Source: a virus
Taxonomy: Duplodnaviria; Caudoviricetes
Length of the DNA stretch: 64,000 bases
IMG/VR virus record: IMGVR_UViG_3300027759_000006
Location: 1,165 to 65,164 of that record
Strand: one strand, 5' to 3'
Positions 1 to 9,468 of this stretch are shown piece after piece (positions within the stretch are counted from its first letter, which is position 1; every line of letters begins with the position of its first letter). Under the pieces are notes generated by a model. It was not told the DNA's origin, searched no databases, and worked only from the letters and a program-made list of their open reading frames with translations. The translations under genes and the position numbers were made by a program.

Positions 1-8
1 GCGCATAA

Positions 9-803
9 ATGACCACGACCATCAATGCCAGCACCACGGCTGGCTTAGTTCAAACTGCTGACACCAGCGGCGTGTTGGCGCTTCAAACTGCGGGGACTAC
101 GGCGGTTACTGTAAATGCTTCACAGAATGTGGGTGTTGGTACTGCTTCGCCTAGCTCAAGGCTGACAACCTCTGGGACAACGGGCACTGCTAACGGGCTT
201 ACGATTATTGATACAGACTACAGCAACGACACGCATCAAATTTACGGAAACAACTCACTGCATCTTTCCGCAGGCACAGGAGGTGCGGGGGCAATTTTAT
301 TTAGAACGGCTGGCACAGAACGAGCACGTTTTAACTCCACGGGCGCACTTGTTCTTGCTGGTGGTACAACTACGGCAAATGGTATCGGCATCACCTTCCC
401 CGCAACTCAATCAGCATCAACCAACGCAAACACTTTGGATGATTATGAAGAGGGGACTTATACCGTAACGGCATCATCTAACTCTGGTTCTATAACCTCT
501 TACACGGCTTATGGAACTTATACAAAAATTGGCAGACAAGTATTTTTATCGGCAAATGTGAATGTTATTACTGCTGGAACCGCTAGTGGGGCTTTAATTA
601 TTTCCATACCGTTTACAGCCCCAAACACTGCGTATCAATATTTCTATGGAGTGGGGTCTGAAACACAATTAACAGGGAATGGATACCAAGTATATATAGC
701 TCCAAATTCTACAAATGCAGTCATGGTAACTTATGCCGGTCTTGGTATTACATACGCAAACGGCACAAGTTATGCTTTTAGCATGAACTATTTTGTATCT
801 TAA
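9..803 (+). CDS. tail fibre / receptor-binding protein
   Basis: G/T/S-rich beta-strand repeats (NVGVGTASP, ERARFNSTG), LDDYEEGT hinge, then YTKIGRQV-type fibre tip domain; the tip-coding region is AT-rich. Confidence 0.8.
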   Translation: MTTTINASTTAGLVQTADTSGVLALQTAGTTAVTVNASQNVGVGTASPSSRLTTSGTTGTANGLTIIDTDYSNDTHQIYGNNSLHLSAGTGGAGAILFRTAGTERARFNSTGALVLAGGTTTANGIGITFPATQSASTNANTLDDYEEGTYTVTASSNSGSITSYTAYGTYTKIGRQVFLSANVNVITAGTASGALIISIPFTAPNTAYQYFYGVGSETQLTGNGYQVYIAPNSTNAVMVTYAGLGITYANGTSYAFSMNYFVS

Positions 804-816
804 TAAGGAAACAACA

Positions 817-1071
817 ATGTCACTCACCAAATCAACCACCATCGACCAAATCACTGTCACTGAGAACGGCATCGTGCTGTACCGTGAAGCCACACGCATC
901 ATGGAAGACGGCAACGAACTGAGCCAAACCTACCATCGTTCAAGCCTCACGCCGGGGCAAGACTTGACGGGCATCCCCGCCAATGTCGTTGCACATTGCA
1001 ATGTGGCTTGGACTGCTGAAGTCATTGCGGCGTATCAAGCACAAGTGGCCGCACAACAAGCTGGAGCATAA
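817..1071 (+). CDS. small fibre-associated (chaperone-like) protein
   Basis: AAGGA RBS upstream of ATG 817; lies between two fibre genes. Confidence 0.6.
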   Translation: MSLTKSTTIDQITVTENGIVLYREATRIMEDGNELSQTYHRSSLTPGQDLTGIPANVVAHCNVAWTAEVIAAYQAQVAAQQAGA

Positions 1072-1073
1072 CC

Positions 1074-2291
1074 ATGTCACTGATTCTTTCTGGAACAGAC
1101 GGGCTGTCGGATGTTGACGGCACTGCCGCAACCCCTGCTATCAGGGGAACGGACGCAAACACAGGCATCTTCTTCCCTGCGGCTGACACCATTGCCTTTG
1201 CTGAAGGTGGTGTAGAGGCCGCAAGGTTTGATAGCTCTGGTAACTTTGGCTTGGGTGTTACGCCTAGTGCTTGGCAAGTAAACAATCGGGCAATACAGTT
1301 GCTTGAAGGTTATGCAAGTATTTCTTCCAACAATTCCCAAGGTTGCTGTGATGTTGCTTTTAACTGTTTTAACGCAGGTTCTGCGGCTACTTCAGGTTGG
1401 AAATATACAAACACAGGAGTTGCCGTTTCTTTATTTCAACAGCAAGCGGGAGCATTTAAGTTTCTTACAGCAGCCTCTGGCACAGCAGGTAACGCCATCA
1501 CCTTCACCCAAGCAATGACGCTTAATGCTTCTTCGCAGTTGTCTATTGGAACTACGAATGCTGACGGGCGTTTGTGTTTGCAAGAGACTGCTGCTGGCGC
1601 TGGTGCTACTTTCTACAGCACCGCAGGAAACTCTGGTGGTCAGATTGGAACAACCAACGAATCTGGCGCTAATAACGGCGTTGAAATTAATGCTTATCGC
1701 GGTAGTGGCAAGATTATTTTTAAGACAAACAATGCGGAAGTCGGCAGATTTGATAGCTCCGGTAACTTGCTGGTGGGGGCAACTGCAACTGCCGCATATT
1801 TTGACGGAAAAGTTAATTCTTATTCGGCATCATCTGTTCCTTCTTTTGCGGGTAAACAAGGTGCTGCAACTGCCGCTGTTAATGTTGCATGGAATGCCGC
1901 AACATCTGGGGATAATATTTTTGAGTATTTTGTAACTGAAGCAAGCCCAACAGTACGAGGCGGTATTAATTACAACCGAGCAGCAGGTCTTGTTGTTTAC
2001 GCCACAACTTCTGATTATCGAGCTAAAGAAATTAGCGGCCCTGTTGTTAATAGTGGTGTATTGATTGATTCAGTACCTGTTTACATGGGCACAATGAAAG
2101 GCGCAACACAAGAGCGCCCAATGTTCATTGCTCACGAAACCCCAGCTTACGCACACTCTGGCGAAAAAGATGCTGTTGATAAAGATGGCAATCCTGTTTA
2201 TCAGCAAATGGATACATCGGCACTTGTACCTATTTTGTGGGCTGAAATTCAATCCCTTCGTAAACGCCTTGCGGCACTGGAGTCAGCATGA
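1074..2291 (+). CDS. tail fibre with C-terminal intramolecular chaperone (peptidase S74-like)
   Basis: Two RFDSSGN repeats; TTSDYRAKE autocleavage motif, FIAHE, terminal coiled coil. Confidence 0.85.
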   Translation: MSLILSGTDGLSDVDGTAATPAIRGTDANTGIFFPAADTIAFAEGGVEAARFDSSGNFGLGVTPSAWQVNNRAIQLLEGYASISSNNSQGCCDVAFNCFNAGSAATSGWKYTNTGVAVSLFQQQAGAFKFLTAASGTAGNAITFTQAMTLNASSQLSIGTTNADGRLCLQETAAGAGATFYSTAGNSGGQIGTTNESGANNGVEINAYRGSGKIIFKTNNAEVGRFDSSGNLLVGATATAAYFDGKVNSYSASSVPSFAGKQGAATAAVNVAWNAATSGDNIFEYFVTEASPTVRGGINYNRAAGLVVYATTSDYRAKEISGPVVNSGVLIDSVPVYMGTMKGATQERPMFIAHETPAYAHSGEKDAVDKDGNPVYQQMDTSALVPILWAEIQSLRKRLAALESA

Positions 2292-2449
2292 TTAAACTGG
2301 AACTGCCAATTGACGCTGTAAACATGATCCTTGGGGCTTTGGGGGAACTCCCAGCCAAGACCAATGCAATGGCGCTGATGTTGCTCATCAAAGAGCAGGC
2401 CGACCCCCAAGTGCCTCCTGAGACTGTGGAGCAGCCATTGACCCAGTAA
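2288..2449 (+). CDS. small hypothetical protein (53 aa, MIKLELPIDAVNMILGALGELP...)
   Basis: ATGA overlap with fibre stop, GGAG RBS; translated by hand, below the ORF-track cutoff. Confidence 0.7.
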   Translation: MIKLELPIDAVNMILGALGELPAKTNAMALMLLIKEQADPQVPPETVEQPLTQ

Positions 2450-3006
2450 CGGCCTTTGCCCTGTGCAAAGGGGCATATGAAGGAATCAAGGGCTGCATCA
2501 GCGTTTACCAAGACCTGAAAAAGACAGGCAACGATCTGACAAAGATCACGGGTGAAGTTGGTACAGCCCTTTCAAGTTTCTTCAAGGGCCACGCAGAATT
2601 GGAGGCCAGCCATGAGAAGGCCGAGGCCCAGCGGGAAGACAACCAGAAAAAGGGGATTAAAGACAACCTTGCCACACAAGCCATAGACAATGTGATGTAT
2701 CTGCGGCAGACCAAGCAGTTTTACGCCGATCTTGAGAAAATGGTGCGCTGGGAGATGGGAATGCCTGATATGTGGCGTGACATCGTAGAAGAGTACCAGC
2801 GGCTCTTAGACCAGAAATCGGAACAGGCGGCCCTGGAACTGTACCAAAAGCGGGTGAAAGCATGGCGGCGACAAAGGTTAAAAAATCAGATACTGGACAG
2901 GGTGCTGGAAACGCTGGTGGTGGTTTTCGTAATCGGATACCTGATATGCCTAATGTGGATAATCAGTCTTCATCATCGGGGTCGTTTGGATACCTTTTTG
3001 TCCTGA
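2437..3006 (+). CDS. membrane-anchored protein of the lysis region, probable ATT start
   Basis: Frame open from ATT 2437 (IDPVTAFALCKGAYEG...) with GGAG just upstream; C-terminal TM helix. Confidence 0.65.
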   Translation: MDPVTAFALCKGAYEGIKGCISVYQDLKKTGNDLTKITGEVGTALSSFFKGHAELEASHEKAEAQREDNQKKGIKDNLATQAIDNVMYLRQTKQFYADLEKMVRWEMGMPDMWRDIVEEYQRLLDQKSEQAALELYQKRVKAWRRQRLKNQILDRVLETLVVVFVIGYLICLMWIISLHHRGRLDTFLS

Positions 3007-3188
3007 CACTGTTTGCACTGGTCTTTGTGCTGATGATCCCTTTGGTGGGGATGCTATATGTAGATACCATGGTTGTGAAACGGGAGGCCCGAGCGCAAAT
3101 GGAAAAAACCGAAAAACTGCGAAAGCAGATTGAAGACGAAAGAAAAAAAGATGACGGAAAAACTGGAAGCCAAGTCGGCCCTCATTGA
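2862..3188 (+). CDS. membrane protein with coiled coil (start uncertain)
   Basis: Hydrophobic helix YLFVLTLFALVFVLMIPLVGML then charged coiled coil; overlaps previous gene. Confidence 0.55.
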   Translation: MAATKVKKSDTGQGAGNAGGGFRNRIPDMPNVDNQSSSSGSFGYLFVLTLFALVFVLMIPLVGMLYVDTMVVKREARAQMEKTEKLRKQIEDERKKDDGKTGSQVGPH

Positions 3189-3480
3189 AAAGGTGGCGTT
3201 TGCCCTGCTGCCAATCCTGTTCACTTGCGTGGTCTACCTGATGAACGCCTTGTCCACTTTGTCGCATGAAGTGACCATTCTGAACAACAAGATCAGCTTG
3301 GTGGTGACCTCAGACAACAAGCAGGCCAGCAACACTGGGGCAGAGCTTGCCCGTGAGAAGCTGCGCCAAGACTTGGAAAAAGAAGTGCAAAAGAACCGGG
3401 ATGACATTCAAGTCAACCGGATGCACATCGCCATTCTTGAAGAAAAAATTGGTGTCACTCAACGCATAAAAGGAAAATAA
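3151..3480 (+). CDS. membrane protein with coiled coil (lysis accessory / spanin-like)
   Basis: N-terminal TM helix plus coiled coil; TAATG coupling to the holin. Confidence 0.6.
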   Translation: MTEKLEAKSALIEKVAFALLPILFTCVVYLMNALSTLSHEVTILNNKISLVVTSDNKQASNTGAELAREKLRQDLEKEVQKNRDDIQVNRMHIAILEEKIGVTQRIKGK

Positions 3481-3983
3481 TGCTCACTCTGTTCTCATCC
3501 CTCATCAGCTTTCTCATGGGCGGCTTGCCCAAGATTCTGGAATTCTTCCAAGACCGGGCCGACAAGAAGCATGAAATTGCCCTTGCCGCCATGCAGACCG
3601 AGCGGGAACTGGCGCTCAAGAAAGCTGGCCTGGAAGCGCAAGAGCGTATTGAACACATCCAGACTGAGCAGATTCAGATCAACGCAGAAGTAACCAACGC
3701 CCAGACTGCCATGCAGGAGCGCCAAGCTCTGTATGCACACGACATAGCCTTGGGCCAAGGGGCCAGCACCTGGGTCATCAATATGCGTGCGGCAACCCGC
3801 AGCGTCATTACCTACGGCATGTTTGCCATGTTTATGTTCGTGGAAATCTTTGGCTTCTATTACGCATGGCACACAAACGTGGAATTCACCGTGGCGCTGG
3901 ACAACCTGTGGGACGATGAAACTCAGATCATCTGGGCGTGTATCGTGAGCTTCTGGTTTGGCGGTCAGGCGTTTAAGAAATGA
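3480..3983 (+). CDS. holin (GTA 3TM holin-like)
   Basis: N-terminal hydrophobic helix, DKKHE, WVINMRAATR, two TM helices, SFWFGG end; directly upstream of lysozyme. Confidence 0.75.
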   Translation: MLTLFSSLISFLMGGLPKILEFFQDRADKKHEIALAAMQTERELALKKAGLEAQERIEHIQTEQIQINAEVTNAQTAMQERQALYAHDIALGQGASTWVINMRAATRSVITYGMFAMFMFVEIFGFYYAWHTNVEFTVALDNLWDDETQIIWACIVSFWFGGQAFKK

Positions 3984-4456
3984 ATCTCAGCCCAGAGGCC
4001 ATCAAGGTCATCTGCCACCATGAGGGCATTCGGTTTAAACCATACCGCTGCCCAGCACAGCTTTGGACAATAGGAGTTGGACATGTACTTTACCCAGATC
4101 AAGGCAAGCTACCAATGGATCAAAGAGGCGCTTACCCGCTTCGCTCAGAAGATAACCGGGTTTTTTCAAAGGATGAAGTAGATGGGATTCTCAGAAGCGA
4201 TCTTGCAAGGTTTGAGCGTGGAGTGGCTCAGTTCTGCCCCGTTCCCCTTACACAAGGTATGTATGATAGCCTTGTTAGCTTTAGTTTTAATGTCGGTCTT
4301 GGAACACTCCAGCGTTCAACGCTTCGTCAAAAGCTGCTTCGGGGCGATAAAGCGGGTGCTGCGGAAGAACTATTGAAGTATTGCATGGCTGGTGGGAAAA
4401 TACTCAAAGGGCTGCAAAATCGGCGTATCGATGAACGAGCCATGTTCTTGTCATAA
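3980..4456 (+). CDS. endolysin, GH24 phage lysozyme
   Basis: HEG-x4-PY-x-C-x4-WTIGVGH catalytic motif, SFSFNVG, GLQNRR..ER..F. Confidence 0.95.
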   Translation: MNLSPEAIKVICHHEGIRFKPYRCPAQLWTIGVGHVLYPDQGKLPMDQRGAYPLRSEDNRVFSKDEVDGILRSDLARFERGVAQFCPVPLTQGMYDSLVSFSFNVGLGTLQRSTLRQKLLRGDKAGAAEELLKYCMAGGKILKGLQNRRIDERAMFLS

Positions 4457-4464
4457 GGTAGACC

Positions 4465-6591
4465 ATGCCACTCAAAAAAATTCAACTCAAGCCCGGTGTA
4501 AACAGAGAAAACACACGCTACACCAGTGAGAATGGGTGGTATGACTGCGACAAGATTCGCTTTCGCCAGGGTACGCCAGAGAAGATTGGTGGCTGGCAAC
4601 AAATCTCTGCAACTACATTTCTTGGGTTTTGCCGCTCTCTGTGGGCCTGGGTGACTCTGGGCAATTTAAACCTGCTGGGTGTTGGCACAAACCTGAAGTT
4701 CTACATTGAGCGGGGCGGTGTTTATAACGACATCACCCCAATCCGTGAAACGGTAACCCTGACCAACCCGTTTACAGCAACAAATGGCTCCACCACCATT
4801 GCGGTGGCTGACACAGCCCACGGGTGCATTACGGGTGACTACGTCACCTACAGTGGCGCAGGTATAACCAGCCTTGGCGGGACTATCACAGCCGCAGTCC
4901 TAAAGGGTGAGTTCCAGGTTACGGTCATTGACATAAACAACTACACCATCACTGCATCAGTTGCGGCCAATGCCACAGATGCGGCTGGCTCTCCCGGTGG
5001 CGGTACAGTCGTTACCCAGTACCAGATCAACACTGGGCCTTCATTCACCGTTCCGCTGACAGGCTGGGGCACTGGGCCTTGGGGCTATGGGACATGGGGT
5101 AACGGCCAAGTACAGACCGATGCTATGCGGTTGTGGAGTCAAGTTAACTTTGGTCAGGACTTAATATTTGGCCCACGGGTTGGGGCTATTTATTATTGGA
5201 ACGCCAACCTTGGCGTGGCGGCTTCAGAGTTCACAGTGACCATCGCAAACCCTGCGGTTGTAACTTTTGCCTCTTTGAGCGGAATTCCCAATGGAACAGC
5301 AATCCAACTCACCACTACGGGTGCTTTGCCAACTGGCTTGGCTGTGGGCACGGTCTACTATGTGGCTGGCTCCTCTGGGGCAACCTGTAATCTGACCGCC
5401 ACCTTTGGCGGTGTAAACATTATCACCACCGGGACACAGTCTGGCACTCATTCTGTCTCTCCACGGGGCATAAACATCGTCAGTTTGGCAAGCGCTTCTG
5501 CTTGCCCAATCATCCAAAACTACATTACGGTGTCTGATACAAGCCGGTTCGTGTTTGCTTTTGGAACCAACGATTACGGCTCAACCACCCAAGACCCCAT
5601 GCTGATCCGCTGGTCTGATCAAGAGTCTGTGGTGAACTGGACACCTGCTGCCACCAATCAGGCGGGTAGCCTTCGCCTGTCACATGGCTCTGAGATCATT
5701 ACAGCCATGCAGGCCCGTCAAGAGGTGCTGGTCTGGACGGACTCATCCTTGTATTCCCTGCAATATGTTGGTGCGCCCGTTGTGTGGGGTTCTCAGCTTG
5801 TGGGCGACAACGTTTCCATAGCATCTGAAAACTCAGTGGCATATGCCAACGGCGTGGCCTACTGGATGGGCGTGGACAAGTTCTACAAGTACCAGGGAAC
5901 AACCCAGACTCTGAACTGTGACCTGTGGCAGTATGTCTTCCAAGACATCAACAAGCAGCAGTTTGATCAAGTGTTTGCCGGGACAAATGAAGGCTTCAAT
6001 GAAATCTGGTGGTTCTACTGCTCTGGCACAAGCACCACGGTGGACAGCTATGTAATCTTCAACTACGCAGAAAACCAAGGCCAGGGGTGCTGGTATTACG
6101 GCTCTTTGGCCCGTACAGCATGGCTGGATTCTGGCTTGAGGGACTACCCCCTTGCCGCCACCTATGAGAAAAATCTGGTTGACCATGAGGTTGGTGTGGA
6201 TGACAACACCACAGGAACGGCTGTGGCAATGGAGTCCTTCATTACCTCCGCAGAGTTTGATGTGGAAGACGGGGACAAGTTTGGCTTTATCTGGCGTGTG
6301 TTGCCTGATGTGAAGTTTGTTGGATCAACCGCAGCAAACCCACAGATTACGATGTATCTCAAGCCCATGCAGAACTCAGGCTCTGGGTACAACGTACCTC
6401 CATCTCTGGCCGGGTCAGACAACGCCACTGTCACTCGCACGGCAACAGTTCCAATTGAAGAGTTTACAGGTCAGGTGTACATCAGGGTTCGTGGCCGTCA
6501 GATAGCCATGGAGTACCGATCAACTACGCTTGGGGTTCAGTGGCAAGCTGGCTCACCCCGTATCGACATTCGCCAGGACGGCAGACGATGA
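4465..6591 (+). CDS. tail hub / nozzle (packaged-DNA stabilisation, P22 gp10-like) protein
   Basis: Beta-propeller-like repeats, IRWSDQE, EIWWFY, C-terminal RVRGRQ and DIRQDGRR; position before the ejection genes. Confidence 0.75.
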   Translation: MPLKKIQLKPGVNRENTRYTSENGWYDCDKIRFRQGTPEKIGGWQQISATTFLGFCRSLWAWVTLGNLNLLGVGTNLKFYIERGGVYNDITPIRETVTLTNPFTATNGSTTIAVADTAHGCITGDYVTYSGAGITSLGGTITAAVLKGEFQVTVIDINNYTITASVAANATDAAGSPGGGTVVTQYQINTGPSFTVPLTGWGTGPWGYGTWGNGQVQTDAMRLWSQVNFGQDLIFGPRVGAIYYWNANLGVAASEFTVTIANPAVVTFASLSGIPNGTAIQLTTTGALPTGLAVGTVYYVAGSSGATCNLTATFGGVNIITTGTQSGTHSVSPRGINIVSLASASACPIIQNYITVSDTSRFVFAFGTNDYGSTTQDPMLIRWSDQESVVNWTPAATNQAGSLRLSHGSEIITAMQARQEVLVWTDSSLYSLQYVGAPVVWGSQLVGDNVSIASENSVAYANGVAYWMGVDKFYKYQGTTQTLNCDLWQYVFQDINKQQFDQVFAGTNEGFNEIWWFYCSGTSTTVDSYVIFNYAENQGQGCWYYGSLARTAWLDSGLRDYPLAATYEKNLVDHEVGVDDNTTGTAVAMESFITSAEFDVEDGDKFGFIWRVLPDVKFVGSTAANPQITMYLKPMQNSGSGYNVPPSLAGSDNATVTRTATVPIEEFTGQVYIRVRGRQIAMEYRSTTLGVQWQAGSPRIDIRQDGRR

Positions 6592-6911
6592 CTGACATTC
6601 GCAAGTTTGTAGCGCCTGCGCTATCAACTGTACCGCTTGCGTATGAGAAGCTGAACGAAGATTTGTTCCGCAACATGTTGCGCCTGTACTTTAACCAGAT
6701 TGATGGCGCGGCTCAGCAATTGATCACAAATAACAACCTGCTATATTCTGTTTACACAGTGGCTACGCTGCCCAGTGCAGCTACCAGCGGCACGGGCGCT
6801 AGGACATTTGTGTCTGATGCCTTAGCTCCAGTGTTTGGAGCAACCGTGGCAACCGGCGGGGCAATAGCCACCCCTGTGTATTCAGACGGCACGAATTGGA
6901 AGGTGGGCTGA
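6588..6911 (+). CDS. small tail protein (needle/plug-like)
   Basis: LRLYFNQID helix plus YTVATLP...YSDGTNW fibre-like tip; ATGA coupling. Confidence 0.6.
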   Translation: MTDIRKFVAPALSTVPLAYEKLNEDLFRNMLRLYFNQIDGAAQQLITNNNLLYSVYTVATLPSAATSGTGARTFVSDALAPVFGATVATGGAIATPVYSDGTNWKVG

Positions 6912-6912
6912 C

Positions 6913-7308
6913 ATGGAGCAAATGACCGTCAAAGAAATCCTTGCCATTGATCTGGCAAAGAACTACAAAGATGAAAATGCCACCGTGGATGAATACTATG
7001 ACGGGTTGCAGAATGTGCTTAAACAAGACAAAACGCTTGAGCAAGTCGGCAATACGTTGTATATACAGAAACAAGTTGCCCCAGACGTAATGGAATTTCA
7101 TTGTGCAAATGCTGACTCAAAGGCCAACTTTATCAAGAACGGCGCAGAGTATTTGCAGAAACTCCAAAATCAAAATTACAAAAAAGCCTACACCACCTAT
7201 GATGACCCACGGTGTGAAGATTTTTTAAAAGGCTTTGGTTTTCCCTATGAGATACAAAAAATAGATCAAGGGAAAAATGCAACATATAAAGCGGAAGTGA
7301 GCTTGTAA
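6913..7308 (+). CDS. hypothetical protein (possible GNAT-like fold), AT-rich
   Basis: 131-aa ORF tightly packed between neighbours; function is a positional guess. Confidence 0.6.
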   Translation: MEQMTVKEILAIDLAKNYKDENATVDEYYDGLQNVLKQDKTLEQVGNTLYIQKQVAPDVMEFHCANADSKANFIKNGAEYLQKLQNQNYKKAYTTYDDPRCEDFLKGFGFPYEIQKIDQGKNATYKAEVSL

Positions 7309-9467
7309 TGGGATTCCTCCAACAGATAACAGGCGGCGGGAACATCATTCCCGGCGTAGATAACCCATTTCAAAGCGGCCAGACAGTTTGGTTACCCGGC
7401 GCTGGCGGTTTAAACCCGCTCAACTCACAATCAGCGGTTGGGCAACTGACCAAAGACCTTGGTGCTTTAAACCCATATAACCCTGATTCCGTTGCTGGCA
7501 AAGTTGTTGACAATATTGGCAAGGACATGGCCGCAGACCCAGCCAAATGGGTTGCTATTGCGGCGGCTGTGGCAACAGGTCAATTGTGGGCTATTCCTTA
7601 TATCAATGGAGTGGCGGCGCTTACCAAAAAGAACAGTACCCCTGAGGAGTGGCTTACAGAGGGCATAAAAGCCGCCGCCATTCAATATGGTGGAGAGTGG
7701 GTTTCCGAAAACGTTGCGGGGTCTGCGGGGTATGTGGATTACGACACAATGGATTGGGTTCCCGGCACGGGAGTCACGGGCGCAACCGGATCAGCCGCTG
7801 TTGGAGCAACTTCGGCAAACATTGCCCGGAACATCTTTGCCACTGCCGCCCGACAAGGCAGCACAGACATTAATAGCGCTCAAATTGTCACCGGGGCAAT
7901 TACCAGCGAAGCGTTGAATGAAGCATTTAAATACATGCCTGGGTTTGATGGGCTCACCAAGGGTGAGCAGTCGGCTACTGTCAACGCTTTTAAGGTTGCT
8001 TTTAACAAAGACAGCAATGCCGCCTATCAATTGTTTAACCAGGGTTTTGATGCCACTATAAAAGGGTTGAACAAAGCCGCAGTATCCGCAGGATACAAAG
8101 ATATAAACGAGCGGAATGCGGTAAACAATTTTGTCATGGCGGGCGGTAGCAAGGAAGACATTGACGCATTAACCCAAAGAGAAAAAGCCTCAGAAGATGC
8201 GCAAAATGCTTATGTGCCAGAACTTGAAAAGTACAACACTTGGAATGACAAGGTTGCCAAATATAACGAAGGACTGGCCCGGTACAGCCAAGTCATGCCT
8301 TATGGCGAAAAAGTTGCGTTGTATAAATCGTTAAACGCTGATTGGGCTTGGATGCAAGATGCCAAAAATCAGCCTATGGCATACAACGAGCTATATAGCC
8401 TGTGGGAGAACTCCGACAAAGTCTGGAATGAATCGTATGCCTACACAAGAAACCTGAAGACCTTGCAAGATGAGGGTTGGGATACTTTGGCCCAGCAAAA
8501 AGAAGCAGCGGACCTGGGGTTTATAACTCCTCGTGATTATGATGTTTACCTGACCGATCAGAAGATTGCCCAAATTGCAAAAGATAATGGTTTTGATAGC
8601 GTAGAACAGATGCGAGAGGCGGGAGCCGTTGGCATCTCAACCCGCGCAGCTTACGACACATGGCTGGCAGAGGAAGAAGAGCGGCGCAGGGAAGCAGAGC
8701 CTGAACCTGAGCCTACCCCGGACCCAGAACCTGAGCCTACCCCGGACCCCATACTGGACCCCATACTGGACCCAGAGCCTGAGCCTACCCCGGACCCAGA
8801 GCCTGATCCCACACCGGACCCAGAGCCTGAACCTGATGTCTGTGCCGAAGGTTGGCATTGGGACGGCAGCATGTGCGTGCCCGACGATGAGGAGCCGCCT
8901 GAAAAGCCTGAAGACTGCCAAGAGGGCTACGTATATGATTTTGCGTCTGGAGCATGCGTTCCAATAGACGGCAAAGAACCAATAGAAGGCCCGGAAGACT
9001 GCGCCGAAGGTTGGCATTGGGACGGCAGCAAGTGCGTATTGGACGACGATGTAGGGGAACCCACTGACTGCCCTGAGGGCTATCTGTACAACATGGAGAC
9101 CCGGAGTTGTGAGTCAATCAGCGACCCAACGCTCCCCAAGGTTCCTACAATAAGGCTCCCCAAAACGCCGACGACGCCCAAAACACCGACGACGACGCCC
9201 AAAACGCCGACGACCCCAGTTACAACTCCGACGACCCCGACGGCTACCGACCCCAACCAAAATAATATGGCGCTATTTGCATTGATGGCGTCTTTGGGAG
9301 ATCAACCGGCGGCAACCCCCGCTCCGGCGGTGGACAACACTCCGTCAGAGCCGTTTGACTTCACCAGCGAGTTTGAAGTAAACCCTTTTGCAAAAGGGCA
9401 ATCCGCATCTAAAATGGCCCATGGCGGGTCGGTGGATGAATTGTTAGAAATTCTGAGAAGGAATTGA
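7308..9467 (+). CDS. putative internal virion/ejection protein with PE/PT linkers and Cys-rich repeats
   Basis: 719 aa; PEPEPTPD repeats, four C-x-EG-x6-9-C units, KTPTT repeats, C-terminal MAHGG. Confidence 0.7.
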   Translation: MGFLQQITGGGNIIPGVDNPFQSGQTVWLPGAGGLNPLNSQSAVGQLTKDLGALNPYNPDSVAGKVVDNIGKDMAADPAKWVAIAAAVATGQLWAIPYINGVAALTKKNSTPEEWLTEGIKAAAIQYGGEWVSENVAGSAGYVDYDTMDWVPGTGVTGATGSAAVGATSANIARNIFATAARQGSTDINSAQIVTGAITSEALNEAFKYMPGFDGLTKGEQSATVNAFKVAFNKDSNAAYQLFNQGFDATIKGLNKAAVSAGYKDINERNAVNNFVMAGGSKEDIDALTQREKASEDAQNAYVPELEKYNTWNDKVAKYNEGLARYSQVMPYGEKVALYKSLNADWAWMQDAKNQPMAYNELYSLWENSDKVWNESYAYTRNLKTLQDEGWDTLAQQKEAADLGFITPRDYDVYLTDQKIAQIAKDNGFDSVEQMREAGAVGISTRAAYDTWLAEEEERRREAEPEPEPTPDPEPEPTPDPILDPILDPEPEPTPDPEPDPTPDPEPEPDVCAEGWHWDGSMCVPDDEEPPEKPEDCQEGYVYDFASGACVPIDGKEPIEGPEDCAEGWHWDGSKCVLDDDVGEPTDCPEGYLYNMETRSCESISDPTLPKVPTIRLPKTPTTPKTPTTTPKTPTTPVTTPTTPTATDPNQNNMALFALMASLGDQPAATPAPAVDNTPSEPFDFTSEFEVNPFAKGQSASKMAHGGSVDELLEILRRN
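8695..8836 (+). repeat. coding tandem repeat (PEPEPTPD)
   Basis: Imperfect 24-nt units such as CCTGAGCCTACCCCGGACCCAGA. Confidence 0.9.
9156..9250 (+). repeat. coding tandem repeat (PKTPTT)
   Basis: Repeated CCCAAAACGCCGACGAC. Confidence 0.85.
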
Positions 9468-9468
9468 T

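Noticed and set aside
9-2291. Diversity-generating retroelement or invertase-based fibre switching
   Set aside because: No reverse transcriptase, TR/VR pair or recombinase seen in the window
8695-9250. Tandem repeats considered as a CRISPR array
   Set aside because: In-frame coding repeats without unique spacers; no cas operon
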